Below, piece after piece: positions 27,713 through 37,908 of a stretch of 64,000 nucleotides of DNA. Position numbers and translations under genes: made by a program. The notes under the pieces were generated by a model. The model did not search any database. It was not told the DNA's origin and worked only from the letters and a program-made list of their open reading frames with translations. The stretch comes from Patescibacteria group bacterium (GTDB taxonomy: Bacteria; Patescibacteriota; UBA1384; JBBRAU01). The DNA lies in assembly GCA_038206475.1 (NCBI GenBank), contig JBBRAU010000001.1, positions 3,317 through 67,316 of the forward strand, written 5' to 3'. How positions within the stretch are numbered: position 1 is the stretch's first letter; each line of letters starts with the position of its first letter.

Positions 27713-29485
27713 CTAGCTGGCCCGCACGCCTTCAGCCAAAAGCTCGATGGCATGCTTTAGTGAGCCGGCCTCAGTGATTTGGCCGCCGTTAACAAAGAAG
27801 ATCTCGTCGGCATTTTCAATCGTGTTCAAGCGATGCGCGATAATTACTCGCGTAGTTGTTTTAGGTAATTTGGCCAAAATCGTCTCCAGCTGCTGTTCCG
27901 TGACGGTGTCGATATTGGCGGTGGCTTCGTCGAGAATAAGCAGTTTTGGATGGCGCAGTACAGCGCGCATAAAGGCGATCAGCTGTTTTTGGCCGAGGCT
28001 GATGCTTTCAGCCGCGCTTGTTATCTCGGTTTTCAGGCCATCCTCAAAGCGGCCGAGCAGTTCAGCTAGGCTTTCCTGTTGAAGCACGGTCAGTAAGTCC
28101 TTCTCCGACAGACGCTCGTAGCGCGGGTTGCCGTAGGTGATATTCTCGGCCACGCTACCGCTGAACAAAAATGGTTCTTGCAGGATAAAACCGATCTCCT
28201 CTGCCCGCGCCTCAGGTGTGAAGCTGCGAATATCTTGGCCGTGGATCAGTACTTCGCCCTCGGTTGGGTCAAACAGGCGGGCCATCAGTGAGGCTGTTGT
28301 CGTTTTGCCGCCGCCGGTTGGGCCGACCAGAGCGTACGTCTTGCCGGCGTCAAGCTTGAAACTAATTTTTTTAAGCACCGGATTGCCACTGACGTACCCA
28401 AAGCTAACGCGCTTAAACTCCAGCAAATGGTCGCCACTCTTCTTGCCGGCCGGTAGCACAGCGAGGTCAGACTTCATGGCCAAAATTTCGGCGATGCGGT
28501 CCCAACCGGCCAGCGCAGACTGCAAATCGGCCCACAGCGAGGCCATTTGGCGCAGCGGGTCATAGAAGCGGCTGATATAGGCTAGGTAACTGATTAACAG
28601 GCCAAGGCTAAATTGACCGATCGAAATGAGGTACAAGCCGTAGGTGATGACAATCAGCTGACCGATGTTGGAAGCCAAGCCAAAGATAGGCACGTAGGTG
28701 TTGTTGGCGATGCCAGCTGAGATGGCGGCCTGGTAGTTAGCCTCGTTGACCTCTTGAAAGCGCTGGCGAAAATAATCGCGTCGGTTGAAGGCAATAATAA
28801 CTTTGAAGTTGTGCAGGCTCTCCTGAATTTCAGCGCTTAAGTTACCTAAACTCTGCAGACTTTTGAAATTCTGTCGCTTGACCCAAGCGGCTGAGAATTG
28901 GGCGAAGATAAGGAGAAATAGTGCGGGCAAGAGGGCCAGACCGCCCAGTTTTTGGTTAACCACGAGCATGGCGATGCCAGCACCGACGATAACAAAGGCG
29001 TTACCGACAAACTGCATCACCGAGCGCGAGAAGAACTGATTGAGCTTATCGGTGTCGTTGTTGATGCGCGAAATTAAATCACCCGTTTTGTTTTGGCTAA
29101 AGAAGGCGAGTGGCAGCTCGGACAGTTTGGCAAAAACCAAGCCGCGCAGGCGGAAAAGCACATTTTGGCCAACCGCACCCATCACCCGTGTCTGGAAGTA
29201 GGCTGAAATCATCATGCCAACATACAACGCTGCCAGACCGTAGGCGTACGGCCAAATGCGGCTAAATTGGTGCGACAGAATAGCTCGGTCAACGGCGTGG
29301 CCAATAATAATCGGCGTCCAAATGGTTAAGCCCGAATTGAGCAAAATGGCGGCCAAAGCAAACAGGAGCTTGGGTAGCTCCGGTCGCATGACCGGCCACA
29401 ATTTTTTGAGCGTGCCTAAGATGCCGCTCTTTGGACTAGTGGCAGCGTCTTGTTCGCTCGTCTTAAGCTGAAAGTTCGTAGGCAT
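27713..29485 (-). CDS. ABC exporter, TMD-NBD half
   Basis: GPTGGGKTT, SLGQKQ, ILDEAT, IAHRL. Confidence 0.95.
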   Translation of the reverse strand: MPTNFQLKTSEQDAATSPKSGILGTLKKLWPVMRPELPKLLFALAAILLNSGLTIWTPIIIGHAVDRAILSHQFSRIWPYAYGLAALYVGMMISAYFQTRVMGAVGQNVLFRLRGLVFAKLSELPLAFFSQNKTGDLISRINNDTDKLNQFFSRSVMQFVGNAFVIVGAGIAMLVVNQKLGGLALLPALFLLIFAQFSAAWVKRQNFKSLQSLGNLSAEIQESLHNFKVIIAFNRRDYFRQRFQEVNEANYQAAISAGIANNTYVPIFGLASNIGQLIVITYGLYLISIGQFSLGLLISYLAYISRFYDPLRQMASLWADLQSALAGWDRIAEILAMKSDLAVLPAGKKSGDHLLEFKRVSFGYVSGNPVLKKISFKLDAGKTYALVGPTGGGKTTTASLMARLFDPTEGEVLIHGQDIRSFTPEARAEEIGFILQEPFLFSGSVAENITYGNPRYERLSEKDLLTVLQQESLAELLGRFEDGLKTEITSAAESISLGQKQLIAFMRAVLRHPKLLILDEATANIDTVTEQQLETILAKLPKTTTRVIIAHRLNTIENADEIFFVNGGQITEAGSLKHAIELLAEGVRAS

Positions 29486-31220
29486 TGGTGCTCCGTTGTG
29501 TCGAGTAAATTTGCATGTATTCGGGCGAGCTCTTAAGGAGCTCTTTGTGTGTGCCTTCAGCTACAATTTCGCCTTCCATCAGCAGAATAATGTGGTCGTA
29601 GTGCTCAACTGAGGCAATTTTTTGCGTCACTGAGACAATTGCTACAGCTGGATAGTTTTTGGTGACATTGGCCAAGATTTTTTGCTCGGTCTGACTGTCG
29701 ACACGAGCGGTGAAGTCATCTAAGTACAGAACGCTTGGGTTCCCAGCCAGCGCCCGTGCCAACATAATGCGCTGCTTTTGGCCGCCGGAGAGGGTCGTCC
29801 CGCGCTCTGAGACGGGGGTAGCCAGCCCCTTTGGTAGGGCAGACACAAAGTCAGCCAGTTCAGCAGTGGCAATAGCTTTTTCGAGGTCTACCTCGGTCGG
29901 CTGGCCACTGAGGGCAATGTTCTCTCTGAGTGTCATCTGAAACAGCACGCTATCCTGAAAAACCAGTCCAACCTGCTGGTGAAAACTGATCGGATCGTAC
30001 TCGGCCAGCGCGTGACCGTCGTAGAGAATCTCACCCTCGGTTGGCTTCACGAGGCCGCACAGCACGGATAGGAGCTGCGTTTTACCAGCTGCGGTTGGCC
30101 CCAAAATGGCTGTGCTACTGCCCGGCTGGATGGTAAACGAGACGTCTTTCAGCGCCTGGCGCTGACCGTACTTAAGGCTCAAGTGCTTGACCTGCACTTT
30201 GCCCGTTAGTTTAGCCTCAAGGCTACCGCTCGCTTTCGGCAACTTGGCCGAAAGCACTTCAAAGATGCGACCGTACGAGGCAGTTGCCTGGGCCATCACA
30301 TTACTCATGAAGCCAATCATGATGATTGGGAAGATCAGAATGGCCAAGTAGGTGGTAAAAGCACTGAAATCGCCGAGGGACATACTACCCGTAACCACAA
30401 AATGGCCGCCGAGGAGCACAATCGCCAGCGAGGCGGCGTTAGCCGCTAAAGTAATGATAGGAATGAGACCGGCAAACAAATTAACGATACCTAGGCCAAT
30501 TTGCCGCGATTGTTCATTAGCACTCTCAAATTTATGTTTTTCCGGACGCTCAGCATGCACTACCCGCACCACAGCCGCACCTAAAATGCTCTCGGTGATA
30601 ACGCGGTTTAAGCGGTCAATCACCTCGCGGCTTTGAATAAACAGTGTCCGCACCTTGCGCAGCATCAAGAAGAAGGTGATGCCGATAATTGGTATCACCA
30701 TCAGCACCATCAGGGCCAGTCGCCAGTCGATGATGAGTAGCAGCACACTAGCGCCGACAATGAGGAAAATCGATGAAATGAGCGTGGCGATGGCCTGGGC
30801 AACAAACATTTTGACTGAATCAATATCAGAGGTGAGGTTGGTCAGCAGGCGGGCCGGGTTGATTTGTTGAATGTAGGCGTAGCTTTGGTTGGAAATTTTG
30901 GCCGACAGATCGCGCCGCAGATCGCGCGCCACCCGCTCAGCCGCAAAGGTTTGAACGATGTTTTGGGCGTAGGTGAGAATAAAAATAGCCCCTGCGACCA
31001 AGCCGAACTCCCAGGCAAGGGCTGGCAGCTTAGCTTGACCTCGGGCGAAGTGGTCGATGGCATGGGAAATAATTTTTGGTAGCCACAGGGTTAAGGCATT
31101 AGCGGCAATCGTCAAACCTGCCAACCATAAAATAAGCCGTCGGTACGGCCTAAGCAGGGCAAAAATGTTCGGACCGGCCTGCGGCTTTTTTGGCCGCGCC
31201 GGCATATCTGATTCAGGCAT
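29463..31220 (-). CDS. ABC exporter, TMD-NBD half (degenerate-site partner)
   Basis: GPTAAGKT, LSGGQKQ, YLDDF, Q in place of the switch His; heterodimer with the neighbour. Confidence 0.95.
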   Translation of the reverse strand: MPESDMPARPKKPQAGPNIFALLRPYRRLILWLAGLTIAANALTLWLPKIISHAIDHFARGQAKLPALAWEFGLVAGAIFILTYAQNIVQTFAAERVARDLRRDLSAKISNQSYAYIQQINPARLLTNLTSDIDSVKMFVAQAIATLISSIFLIVGASVLLLIIDWRLALMVLMVIPIIGITFFLMLRKVRTLFIQSREVIDRLNRVITESILGAAVVRVVHAERPEKHKFESANEQSRQIGLGIVNLFAGLIPIITLAANAASLAIVLLGGHFVVTGSMSLGDFSAFTTYLAILIFPIIMIGFMSNVMAQATASYGRIFEVLSAKLPKASGSLEAKLTGKVQVKHLSLKYGQRQALKDVSFTIQPGSSTAILGPTAAGKTQLLSVLCGLVKPTEGEILYDGHALAEYDPISFHQQVGLVFQDSVLFQMTLRENIALSGQPTEVDLEKAIATAELADFVSALPKGLATPVSERGTTLSGGQKQRIMLARALAGNPSVLYLDDFTARVDSQTEQKILANVTKNYPAVAIVSVTQKIASVEHYDHIILLMEGEIVAEGTHKELLKSSPEYMQIYSTQRSTNAYELSA

Positions 31221-31274
31221 AACTAGCTGACTATAGCATAACGCGACATATTTTCACCAGAGCGCAAGTTGGGC

Positions 31275-31555
31275 TTAGTCTTGTATGGCCTGCTCCAACT
31301 CGGCAATTTCAATTTTGCTCATCTTAAGCATCGAGTCCATCGCTCGTTTGGCTTTAGCTGGGTCGGAGTTGGCCAAAAAGTCACTCATGTTACGTGGGAT
31401 TATCTGCCAAGACAGGCCAAATTTATCTTTTAACCACCTGCATTGGCTGGGATTGCCGCCGGCGGCGGCCAATTTCTGCCAATAGGTGTCAATTTCAGTC
31501 TGGTTACGGCAGCTGACAAACAGCGAGAAAGCCTCGCTAAGCTGAGCCGTTGAAT
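31275..31555 (-). pseudogene. 5'-truncated VOC/PhnB-like protein
   Basis: SEAFSLFVSC..Q.EIDTYW..L...QCRWLKDKFGLSWQIIP; N-terminal half missing. Confidence 0.8.
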
Positions 31556-31559
31556 AAAA

Positions 31560-31890
31560 TGAGCGACTGGCCTGCCAGATTGACCGTCACGCCCAGCGGC
31601 TTGCCGCCCGAGCCGGGCCATCGTGGCCGACCTGGAAGAAGACTTCGTCCTCACCGCAGAGAAGGCGTACGGCAATTCCTGCGACGAGAACATGAAAACC
31701 CCGTTGGATGGCCCGTCCCTGCTGGAGATCGCTCAAATGCGCGACCAACGCCTGGCCGCAGGGGTTACATCTACAAGGGTGCTTGGTGGTGCGGCGCCGG
31801 CGAGACAACGGCTGCCGACGGGCCATACCGCTGCGTCGGCAGTAAGCAGGCTAGTGAGTACCTCACAAAAAAGTGGGGGAAACCGCTAGC
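31560..31890 (+). pseudogene. Fragmented hypothetical gene
   Basis: Overlapping ORFs in different frames; terminator-like hairpin at 31920-31946. Confidence 0.3.
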
Positions 31891-31960
31891 CTCAGTCCCA
31901 TAAAACGAGACGGCCACTTCGTCCTCCGTGTCTGGAGGGCTTTTTTATTACACAAAGAAA

Positions 31961-32034
31961 TGGCTGGGGAACATGGATTCGAACCATGATAGCCACCTCC
32001 AGAGGGTGGAGTCCTGCCATTAGACGATTCCCCA
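31961..32034 (-). tRNA. tRNA-Gln(CTG)
   Basis: TGGGGAA/TTCCCCA-G-CCA; anticodon loop CT-CTG-GA; T arm CATGG-TTCGAAT-CCATG. Confidence 0.96.
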
Positions 32035-32068
32035 ATAACCCTCATACTATAGCACAATTGTGTGAAAA

Positions 32069-32824
32069 TTACACTAAATCGAGCGCGATGTCGATCAAAT
32101 CAGCGTAGACCGACAACGGCGAGACAAAGTAGCCTTCAGCGTAGTCGCCAAGTGCTTGGGCGGCGGCGCGGTAGCGGCCAAGACCTTCAGCCAGCGCCAC
32201 GTAATCGCGTTGCTTCAGCTGAGAAGCGTAGCAGGCAATCGCTTTCTTCTTTGTTGGCCACTGCGGGCTGATTTTCAGTAGGAAATTAACCAAAAATGGT
32301 GTCCAGACTTCATACGCCCAAACATCTGGTTTACGCTCTGATAGGCTGCAAGCGGCGACCGTCACGCGGCTGGCGGCGCGGTGGTCGGGATGGTTCTCCC
32401 AAAAGCCTGGCGCGACCACCACTTCAGGCTTGAGCTCGTGTATTAGGGCCGCCAATTTGTGCTTAGCCCGCATGACTTGGCCCTCTTTGTAACCGAAGAA
32501 ATGGCGCTCCGCTACGGATAGGCCTAGCGTATCGGCAGCGGCTTCTGCCTCGGCCCGACGGACAGCCACTTTGCCGCCAACGTCGCCGCCAGTCAACCAG
32601 ACCACATGGCAAGGTAGGCCAGCCTGTTTGAGATTAAGAATGAGGCCGCCCGGGCCAATTGCCTCATCATCCGGATGCGGCGCAATCACCAAGGCGCTCT
32701 TGAACGGCAGGTTGTCAGCAGCCTGAAACGCCAGCCGATCCGAGGCGTGGCGCAGCAACAAGGCCAGCTCGGACACTTTCCGCAGCCGCGAAATACCAGC
32801 CATCCGGTGCAGGAACTGATTCAT
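32069..32824 (-). CDS. PIG-L family deacetylase
   Basis: IAPHPDDE, RRAEA, HPDH. Confidence 0.92.
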   Translation of the reverse strand: MNQFLHRMAGISRLRKVSELALLLRHASDRLAFQAADNLPFKSALVIAPHPDDEAIGPGGLILNLKQAGLPCHVVWLTGGDVGGKVAVRRAEAEAAADTLGLSVAERHFFGYKEGQVMRAKHKLAALIHELKPEVVVAPGFWENHPDHRAASRVTVAACSLSERKPDVWAYEVWTPFLVNFLLKISPQWPTKKKAIACYASQLKQRDYVALAEGLGRYRAAAQALGDYAEGYFVSPLSVYADLIDIALDLV

Positions 32825-33912
32825 GAGGTGGCCGCCTGGTAGACTGCCCGCGTTTCCGCCACCATTCTGGCGACTGTAAACTCTCTGGCCCAATCTTTGG
32901 CAGCTGAGCGCATGGCATCGCGACGTCCCGGATCAGCTAGCAGCTCAGCGATCGCCCGCTTTAAGGCGGGCGGATCAGCCGGCGGCACCAACAGGCCGGT
33001 TTTATCATGTTTCACCACCTCGGGCAGACCGCCGACGCGACTGGCCACCACCGGAACACCCATAGCCGCTGCTTCAAGCGCTACCAGCGAAAAGGATTCG
33101 GAGTCAGACGGCACGGCGAGTAGGGTAAAGTCGAGCATAGCGAGCTCTGGGTCCGCCATGGCCCCCAAAAAGGCCACTTCAGCCTCAATACCCAGGTCGC
33201 GTACCAAACGCTCAGAGGCCTGGCGCTCGGGACCGTCACCGACCACTTCTAAGCGAAAATCAACTTCGTCACTCCAGAGCAAGCCAGCCGCCCGAATAAG
33301 CACGTCTAGCCGTTTGACCGGGTTGAGCGCGCCCACAAAACCAATAATCGGCGGCTGGCTGCCCTTCGGTTGAGCCAACGGCAGGTTACCGGGCAGACCG
33401 TGGTAGACCACGCTCAACTGCTCCGGTTGGCAAATATGGTGCTTCAAAAAGAAGCGTTTAACCGCCTGAGAGACGACAATCGTCCTCCGCGTGACCCGGT
33501 TAAGCAGGCGCAACCAAAACAGCTGTTCAAGCTGCCGCCACTTGGCCGGTGGCAAATACTCCTCAGTCCAGAGGTGCTCGGTGTAGACAATGGGCAACGC
33601 CAGACCAAAGGCGGCCAGGCGACCTAACAAACCGGCCCGCAGGCCATGTAGATGAATAACCAAGTCGGGCGTACTGCTAATTGCTTTGTAAATTCGGCGC
33701 AAACCGAATAATGTACTGAGGTCAAAACGCGATCGGAAAGGCAGGGGAACTAGCTCAACCCGCTTGCTAGCCCTCAGTCGCTCCAGTAAGGGGCCTTCTG
33801 GGGCAATCACAGACACAACATCATTCTCGGCAACCAAACCGTCAGCCAGAAGCTCTATGTGGCGGGGGAGGCCACCAAGACCGGAGTCGGCGCTAACTAA
33901 AACAATGTGCAT
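32821..33912 (-). CDS. GT4 glycosyltransferase
   Basis: ESFSLVALEA, VGGLPEVV. Confidence 0.93.
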   Translation of the reverse strand: MHIVLVSADSGLGGLPRHIELLADGLVAENDVVSVIAPEGPLLERLRASKRVELVPLPFRSRFDLSTLFGLRRIYKAISSTPDLVIHLHGLRAGLLGRLAAFGLALPIVYTEHLWTEEYLPPAKWRQLEQLFWLRLLNRVTRRTIVVSQAVKRFFLKHHICQPEQLSVVYHGLPGNLPLAQPKGSQPPIIGFVGALNPVKRLDVLIRAAGLLWSDEVDFRLEVVGDGPERQASERLVRDLGIEAEVAFLGAMADPELAMLDFTLLAVPSDSESFSLVALEAAAMGVPVVASRVGGLPEVVKHDKTGLLVPPADPPALKRAIAELLADPGRRDAMRSAAKDWAREFTVARMVAETRAVYQAATS

Positions 33913-33915
33913 ACT

Positions 33916-35409
33916 TTACTCGGCGAGAATATCAATGGCGTTCTTCAGACGGGCGAGCGAGGGCTCTTTGCCGAGTGCTGAAAGTACGGTAAAGACGCCT
34001 GGGCTGGCCGCTTGAGCGGTTAGAGCCGCCCGAACCGGCCACAAAACGGCACCCGCACCAACTGCTTGTGCAGCAGCAACATTCCGGAGCAACGCCTCTA
34101 AGTTTGGCTCACTCCAGTCAGCCTCCTCGGCCAGCGCAGCGTGGGCTGCTTGTAGCATCAGGCCTGCTTCAGACGCCGTTTGTTTTTTGCCCAGCAACAA
34201 ATTGGCCGGCGGTTGGACCTCAGCTTCAATAAGCCAGGCGCCAAGCCCGACGGCTTCATCTAAGCGAATCAGACGGTCTTGCAGTACCTCGGCCAACTGC
34301 TGAGCCAGCGCTCTTTGCTCAACCGGGGGCAGTGCGGCAAAGGTTTGACTATCCCGCCGTAGAAATGGCTGCAGACGCTCAGACAGCGCCTCTACACTCA
34401 GCGTGCGAATGTAGTGACCATTCATGTGCTCCAGCTTGGCCGGATTAAAGACAGCGTTAGCTTTGTTGACCCTCTCCAGCGTAAAGGCCTCGACAAGTTC
34501 AGTGTGGCTAAAGTACTCCCGCTCGCCTTCGGGCGCCCAACCAAGCAGAGCCATAAAGTTAATCATGGCCTCAGGCAGGTAACCGCGGTCGCGAAAATCA
34601 CGCGTAATTGAAACTGGGTCGCGCCGCTTGGACATTTTGCCTTTGCCGCTGGGACTCAAAATAACCGGCAGGTGAGCGTAGGCAGGCGGCGTACCGCCGA
34701 GAGCCTCAATCAACATGATTTGCTTGATCGTCGAAGGCAGTAGGTCGGCACCGCGAATAACGTGGGTGATCGCCATCGCTTGGTCGTCAACGACGTTGGC
34801 CAGGTTATATAAGGGCAGGGGGGGCTCGCCGGCTTCAACACTGCGCAAAATAACAAAGTCGCCGTACAAATCGGTGTCCTCAGCGACTGTGCCCATAACC
34901 AGATCGGTGAAGCTACGGCTGCCACCTGTCACCTTAAAACGCACGACGGCTGGCTCGCCGGCGGATTTGCGCTCAGCAGCCTCGGTGGGTGGGATACTAC
35001 GGCAGCGGCCTGAGTACTTGGGCGAGATGTGAGCCGCTTCTTGCGCCTGACGCTCCGCCGCCAGCTCTTCAGCGGTGCAGAAGCAGTAGTAGGCGTGACC
35101 ACTGGCAATCAGCCGCTCCGCTGCCTGCCGGTAGTCGTCAAGGCGTTCCATTTGGCGGTATGGCGCATACGAACCACCCGCGGTCGGACTCTCGTCGGCG
35201 ATAAGGCCTAACCAGGCTAGACCGTCGACAATATCTTGCTCGGATTCAAGCGTTGAGCGTTCTTGGTCGGTATCCTCAAAACGCAGCACAAACTGGCCGC
35301 CAAGATGGCGGGCAAATAGTTCATTAAAGAGCGCCGTCCGGGCGGTGCCAAGGTGAAAGGTGCCAGTTGGACTGGGCGCAATACGAACACGAGGGGAAGG
35401 GGTAATCAT
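33916..35409 (-). CDS. gltX: Glutamate--tRNA ligase
   Basis: RIAPSPTG, HLGT (HIGH), KMSKR. Confidence 0.97.
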   Translation of the reverse strand: MITPSPRVRIAPSPTGTFHLGTARTALFNELFARHLGGQFVLRFEDTDQERSTLESEQDIVDGLAWLGLIADESPTAGGSYAPYRQMERLDDYRQAAERLIASGHAYYCFCTAEELAAERQAQEAAHISPKYSGRCRSIPPTEAAERKSAGEPAVVRFKVTGGSRSFTDLVMGTVAEDTDLYGDFVILRSVEAGEPPLPLYNLANVVDDQAMAITHVIRGADLLPSTIKQIMLIEALGGTPPAYAHLPVILSPSGKGKMSKRRDPVSITRDFRDRGYLPEAMINFMALLGWAPEGEREYFSHTELVEAFTLERVNKANAVFNPAKLEHMNGHYIRTLSVEALSERLQPFLRRDSQTFAALPPVEQRALAQQLAEVLQDRLIRLDEAVGLGAWLIEAEVQPPANLLLGKKQTASEAGLMLQAAHAALAEEADWSEPNLEALLRNVAAAQAVGAGAVLWPVRAALTAQAASPGVFTVLSALGKEPSLARLKNAIDILAE

Positions 35410-35439
35410 CTACCTTTGGTATAGCCGAAATTCCTTGGC

Positions 35440-35799
35440 CTAGCCACAGAAAAGTACATTTTCAAGGTGAATGACGGTTGTTGGCTCGGCGTGTTGATCA
35501 ACGCCAACCGCATCGATGCGAATATTGTGATTTGGGTAGCGTGCCGATAGCTCAGCTGCCAGTAAACAGAGCTTGCGTTGCTTGGCTGGCCGAATGAGCT
35601 CAAACGGGCTATCTAACAACGCTGTTTTGACAGTTTTCACTTCAATCAGCACCAGTGTTGTGCCTAACCGGCACAGCAGGTCAATTTCACCGCTCGCTAA
35701 GCGCAGATTACGCTCAATTAACCGGTAGCCCTTGGCTTTCAGTGCTTGCCAAGCCTGCTCCTCACCGTCCGCCCCGAGTGTTTGCCGCGCTTTGGTCAT
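35440..35799 (-). CDS. YraN family protein
   Basis: LG..GEE.A, GEIDL, IEVKT, RID. Confidence 0.9.
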   Translation of the reverse strand: MTKARQTLGADGEEQAWQALKAKGYRLIERNLRLASGEIDLLCRLGTTLVLIEVKTVKTALLDSPFELIRPAKQRKLCLLAAELSARYPNHNIRIDAVGVDQHAEPTTVIHLENVLFCG

Positions 35800-35950
35800 A
35801 TTTTCAGCCTAAACTACCAACAGACATTCGGATACCTGTACCAGCAAGACAGTGATGCCCACCCTGTACGCGGCAATCTGCGCGTCAGCCGACATGTCAG
35901 GTAGCCGGATAAATAAAATGGGCCGAAGCCCATTTTCTCGTGAAAACGTA

Positions 35951-36691
35951 TTACTTGCTGTCTGGCGGTTCCAGGGGCAGACCGTCGTCTTTGGACTGCT
36001 CGTCGCCGTCATCTTCGGCGGCAGTAGCTTCAGCCACATCTCCCGGGGTATCGCCCTCGGCAATAGTTGGCATATCTTCCGCCTGAACCGTTTCGGTCTG
36101 ATCAGCATCGGCTTCAGCAGCCTCTTGGTTTGGGCTTGCCTCGTCCGGTGCCGGATCTTCATCCGGATTCTCCTCGGCCCGAGCGTCGTCAACAGGATTG
36201 GAAGCGGCTGAGTCATCGGCATTCAGCTGGGCTGCTTCAGTCTCTTCCGCCAACACGGCATCTTCAGCCGCATCTTGGTCGTCCGAGCTATCTATTTCAG
36301 AGGTTGGCGCGGCAGTCGGCTCTTCCCAAACTGCCACGTCAGCCCGTTCGTTATCCAGGCGCGCGCTACGGCCGGTGCGATCACGCAGATAGTACAGTTT
36401 AGCTCGACGAACATCGGCCGTTTTTGTACGCTCAACCTTGACAATGCGCGGTGAGTGCAGCGGGAACACCCGCTCAACGCCAATACCGTAGGAGACCTTG
36501 CGCACACTAAAGGTAGCGTCCAGCCCTAAGCCGGCGTGCAAGGCAATAACGACGCCTTCAAACACCTGAATGCGCTCTTTGCTGCCTTCTTTAATGCGCT
36601 GGTGCACCCGAACCGTGTCCCCAGGCTTCAGTATAGGGACATTGGATTTTACGTAACGAGCAGCGATTTTCTGCATCAGTTGATTCTGCAC
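35951..36691 (-). CDS. rplS: 50S ribosomal protein L19 with a long acidic tail
   Basis: PGDTVRVH, RIQVFEG, GVERVFPLHSP, VRRAKLYYLR; GTG start after AAAGGA. Confidence 0.95.
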   Translation of the reverse strand: MQNQLMQKIAARYVKSNVPILKPGDTVRVHQRIKEGSKERIQVFEGVVIALHAGLGLDATFSVRKVSYGIGVERVFPLHSPRIVKVERTKTADVRRAKLYYLRDRTGRSARLDNERADVAVWEEPTAAPTSEIDSSDDQDAAEDAVLAEETEAAQLNADDSAASNPVDDARAEENPDEDPAPDEASPNQEAAEADADQTETVQAEDMPTIAEGDTPGDVAEATAAEDDGDEQSKDDGLPLEPPDSK

Positions 36692-36772
36692 GGTCAGTCC
36701 TTTGTTGTCTTTCGGCGGCCAAACGCCCGATGTGCGCTGGGCTCCCCAAAGAAATATATTTCCTTGGGTCAT

Positions 36773-37003
36773 AAAAAATAGGCCACCGTTGTAAGTGGCC
36801 TGAGATTAGCAGAGAACTTCTATTTCAGCAAGTTCTCCTCGAGTGTTACTGGTGCGGGTTACGCCTTTCGCCTGATCGCGCAGGCGAAAGGCGGAACTCG
36901 CGATTGTGGCGCAGTTGCCAGCGGCCTTGGGCCAAGACATTTTTTGGATGCTTGGCCGGCTTAGCCAGCGACTTGCTGGTGCGGTCATGGAAGAGCGGTT
37001 TCC
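36773..37003 (-). ncRNA. Candidate highly structured RNA ending in a terminator
   Basis: Several hairpins including a perfect 13-bp stem (36862-36893), a 12-nt direct repeat and terminator AGGCCAC...GTGGCCT with a T-run. Confidence 0.4.
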
Positions 37004-37348
37004 TCATTTCCGTCTCCGGCGCGGCAGCGGATTGTAGTCCAGGTACTTTACCCTGTCCTGCTCCGTCTCAGGCACGTTCTCAAACGTGCCGAGTGAGCAA
37101 ACCACGCTGTCGTTGCTGATGACGCTAAACTCGACGGCCGGCGGATTGTCAGCATTTCTGCGCAGCCAATCCTGGATGTAGCCCATGATCGCCGGATCGG
37201 CATACCTCAGGCCGAGAATCGGATTTCTGGCCAGCTGCGCAGCCGCCTCTTCCGGCGTTTGCCCCAGGAGCTCCACGGTCGAAATCGACAGCGGACGGTT
37301 GTTCGCTCCGAAGCTTTCCGGAGCGGCACTTTTACGAACAACTGCCAT
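37004..37348 (-). CDS. Hypothetical protein with an Arg-rich C-terminus
   Basis: SD GGAGGG; ends PRRRRK. Confidence 0.65.
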   Translation of the reverse strand: MAVVRKSAAPESFGANNRPLSISTVELLGQTPEEAAAQLARNPILGLRYADPAIMGYIQDWLRRNADNPPAVEFSVISNDSVVCSLGTFENVPETEQDRVKYLDYNPLPRRRRK

Positions 37349-37542
37349 GGTGCTTTCCCTCCGTCTAACGTAGCCCTCCAGCAACATTAGACTGGCCGTA
37401 AGGCCTCCGGCGTCACTAAACCGCCGTGAGGACAAAGAAACCCCGCACGAGACGGGGCTGTGTGTTGTTCAGGTGCGACACGCTGGCGGGGTGATGCAAG
37501 CATCCCTCCTTTACCGACAGCGCAGATTGTCGCCGGGTCGTA

Positions 37543-37845
37543 CTACAGTTTTAGCGACCCGCCCGAGGCAATCGGCTGCACTGAAACAGTGCGGATTTCC
37601 TCACGTCGGCCGTTAAATTTCATGACTGTTTTGGTCGCAAAACGCACTATGCCAGCAACCACAGCAAACAACGTGTCATCTGTACCATGCATGACATTAT
37701 CACCGGCTCGGAAGCGGCTGCCGCGCTGACGCACCAAAATATTGCCGGACAGAACATGCTGTCCGCCAAAGCGCTTGACACCAAGACGTTTCGATTGGCT
37801 ATCGCGGCCGAGCCGCGTAGAGCCACCGGCTTTTTTGTGTGCCAT
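37543..37845 (-). CDS. rpmA: 50S ribosomal protein L27
   Basis: [24 protein letters not shown]. Confidence 0.98.
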   Translation of the reverse strand: MAHKKAGGSTRLGRDSQSKRLGVKRFGGQHVLSGNILVRQRGSRFRAGDNVMHGTDDTLFAVVAGIVRFATKTVMKFNGRREEIRTVSVQPIASGGSLKL

Positions 37846-37908
37846 CGGGTACTTCCTTGCTGTGTTTAATTTACTGCAACAACTAAGTTAGGACGCGAAT
37901 TGGAGTAT

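Noticed and set aside
35809-36402. Alternative-frame ORFs over the L19 tail, and similar shadow ORFs elsewhere
   Set aside because: They overlap confident genes, lack start signals and are expected by chance at this GC content.
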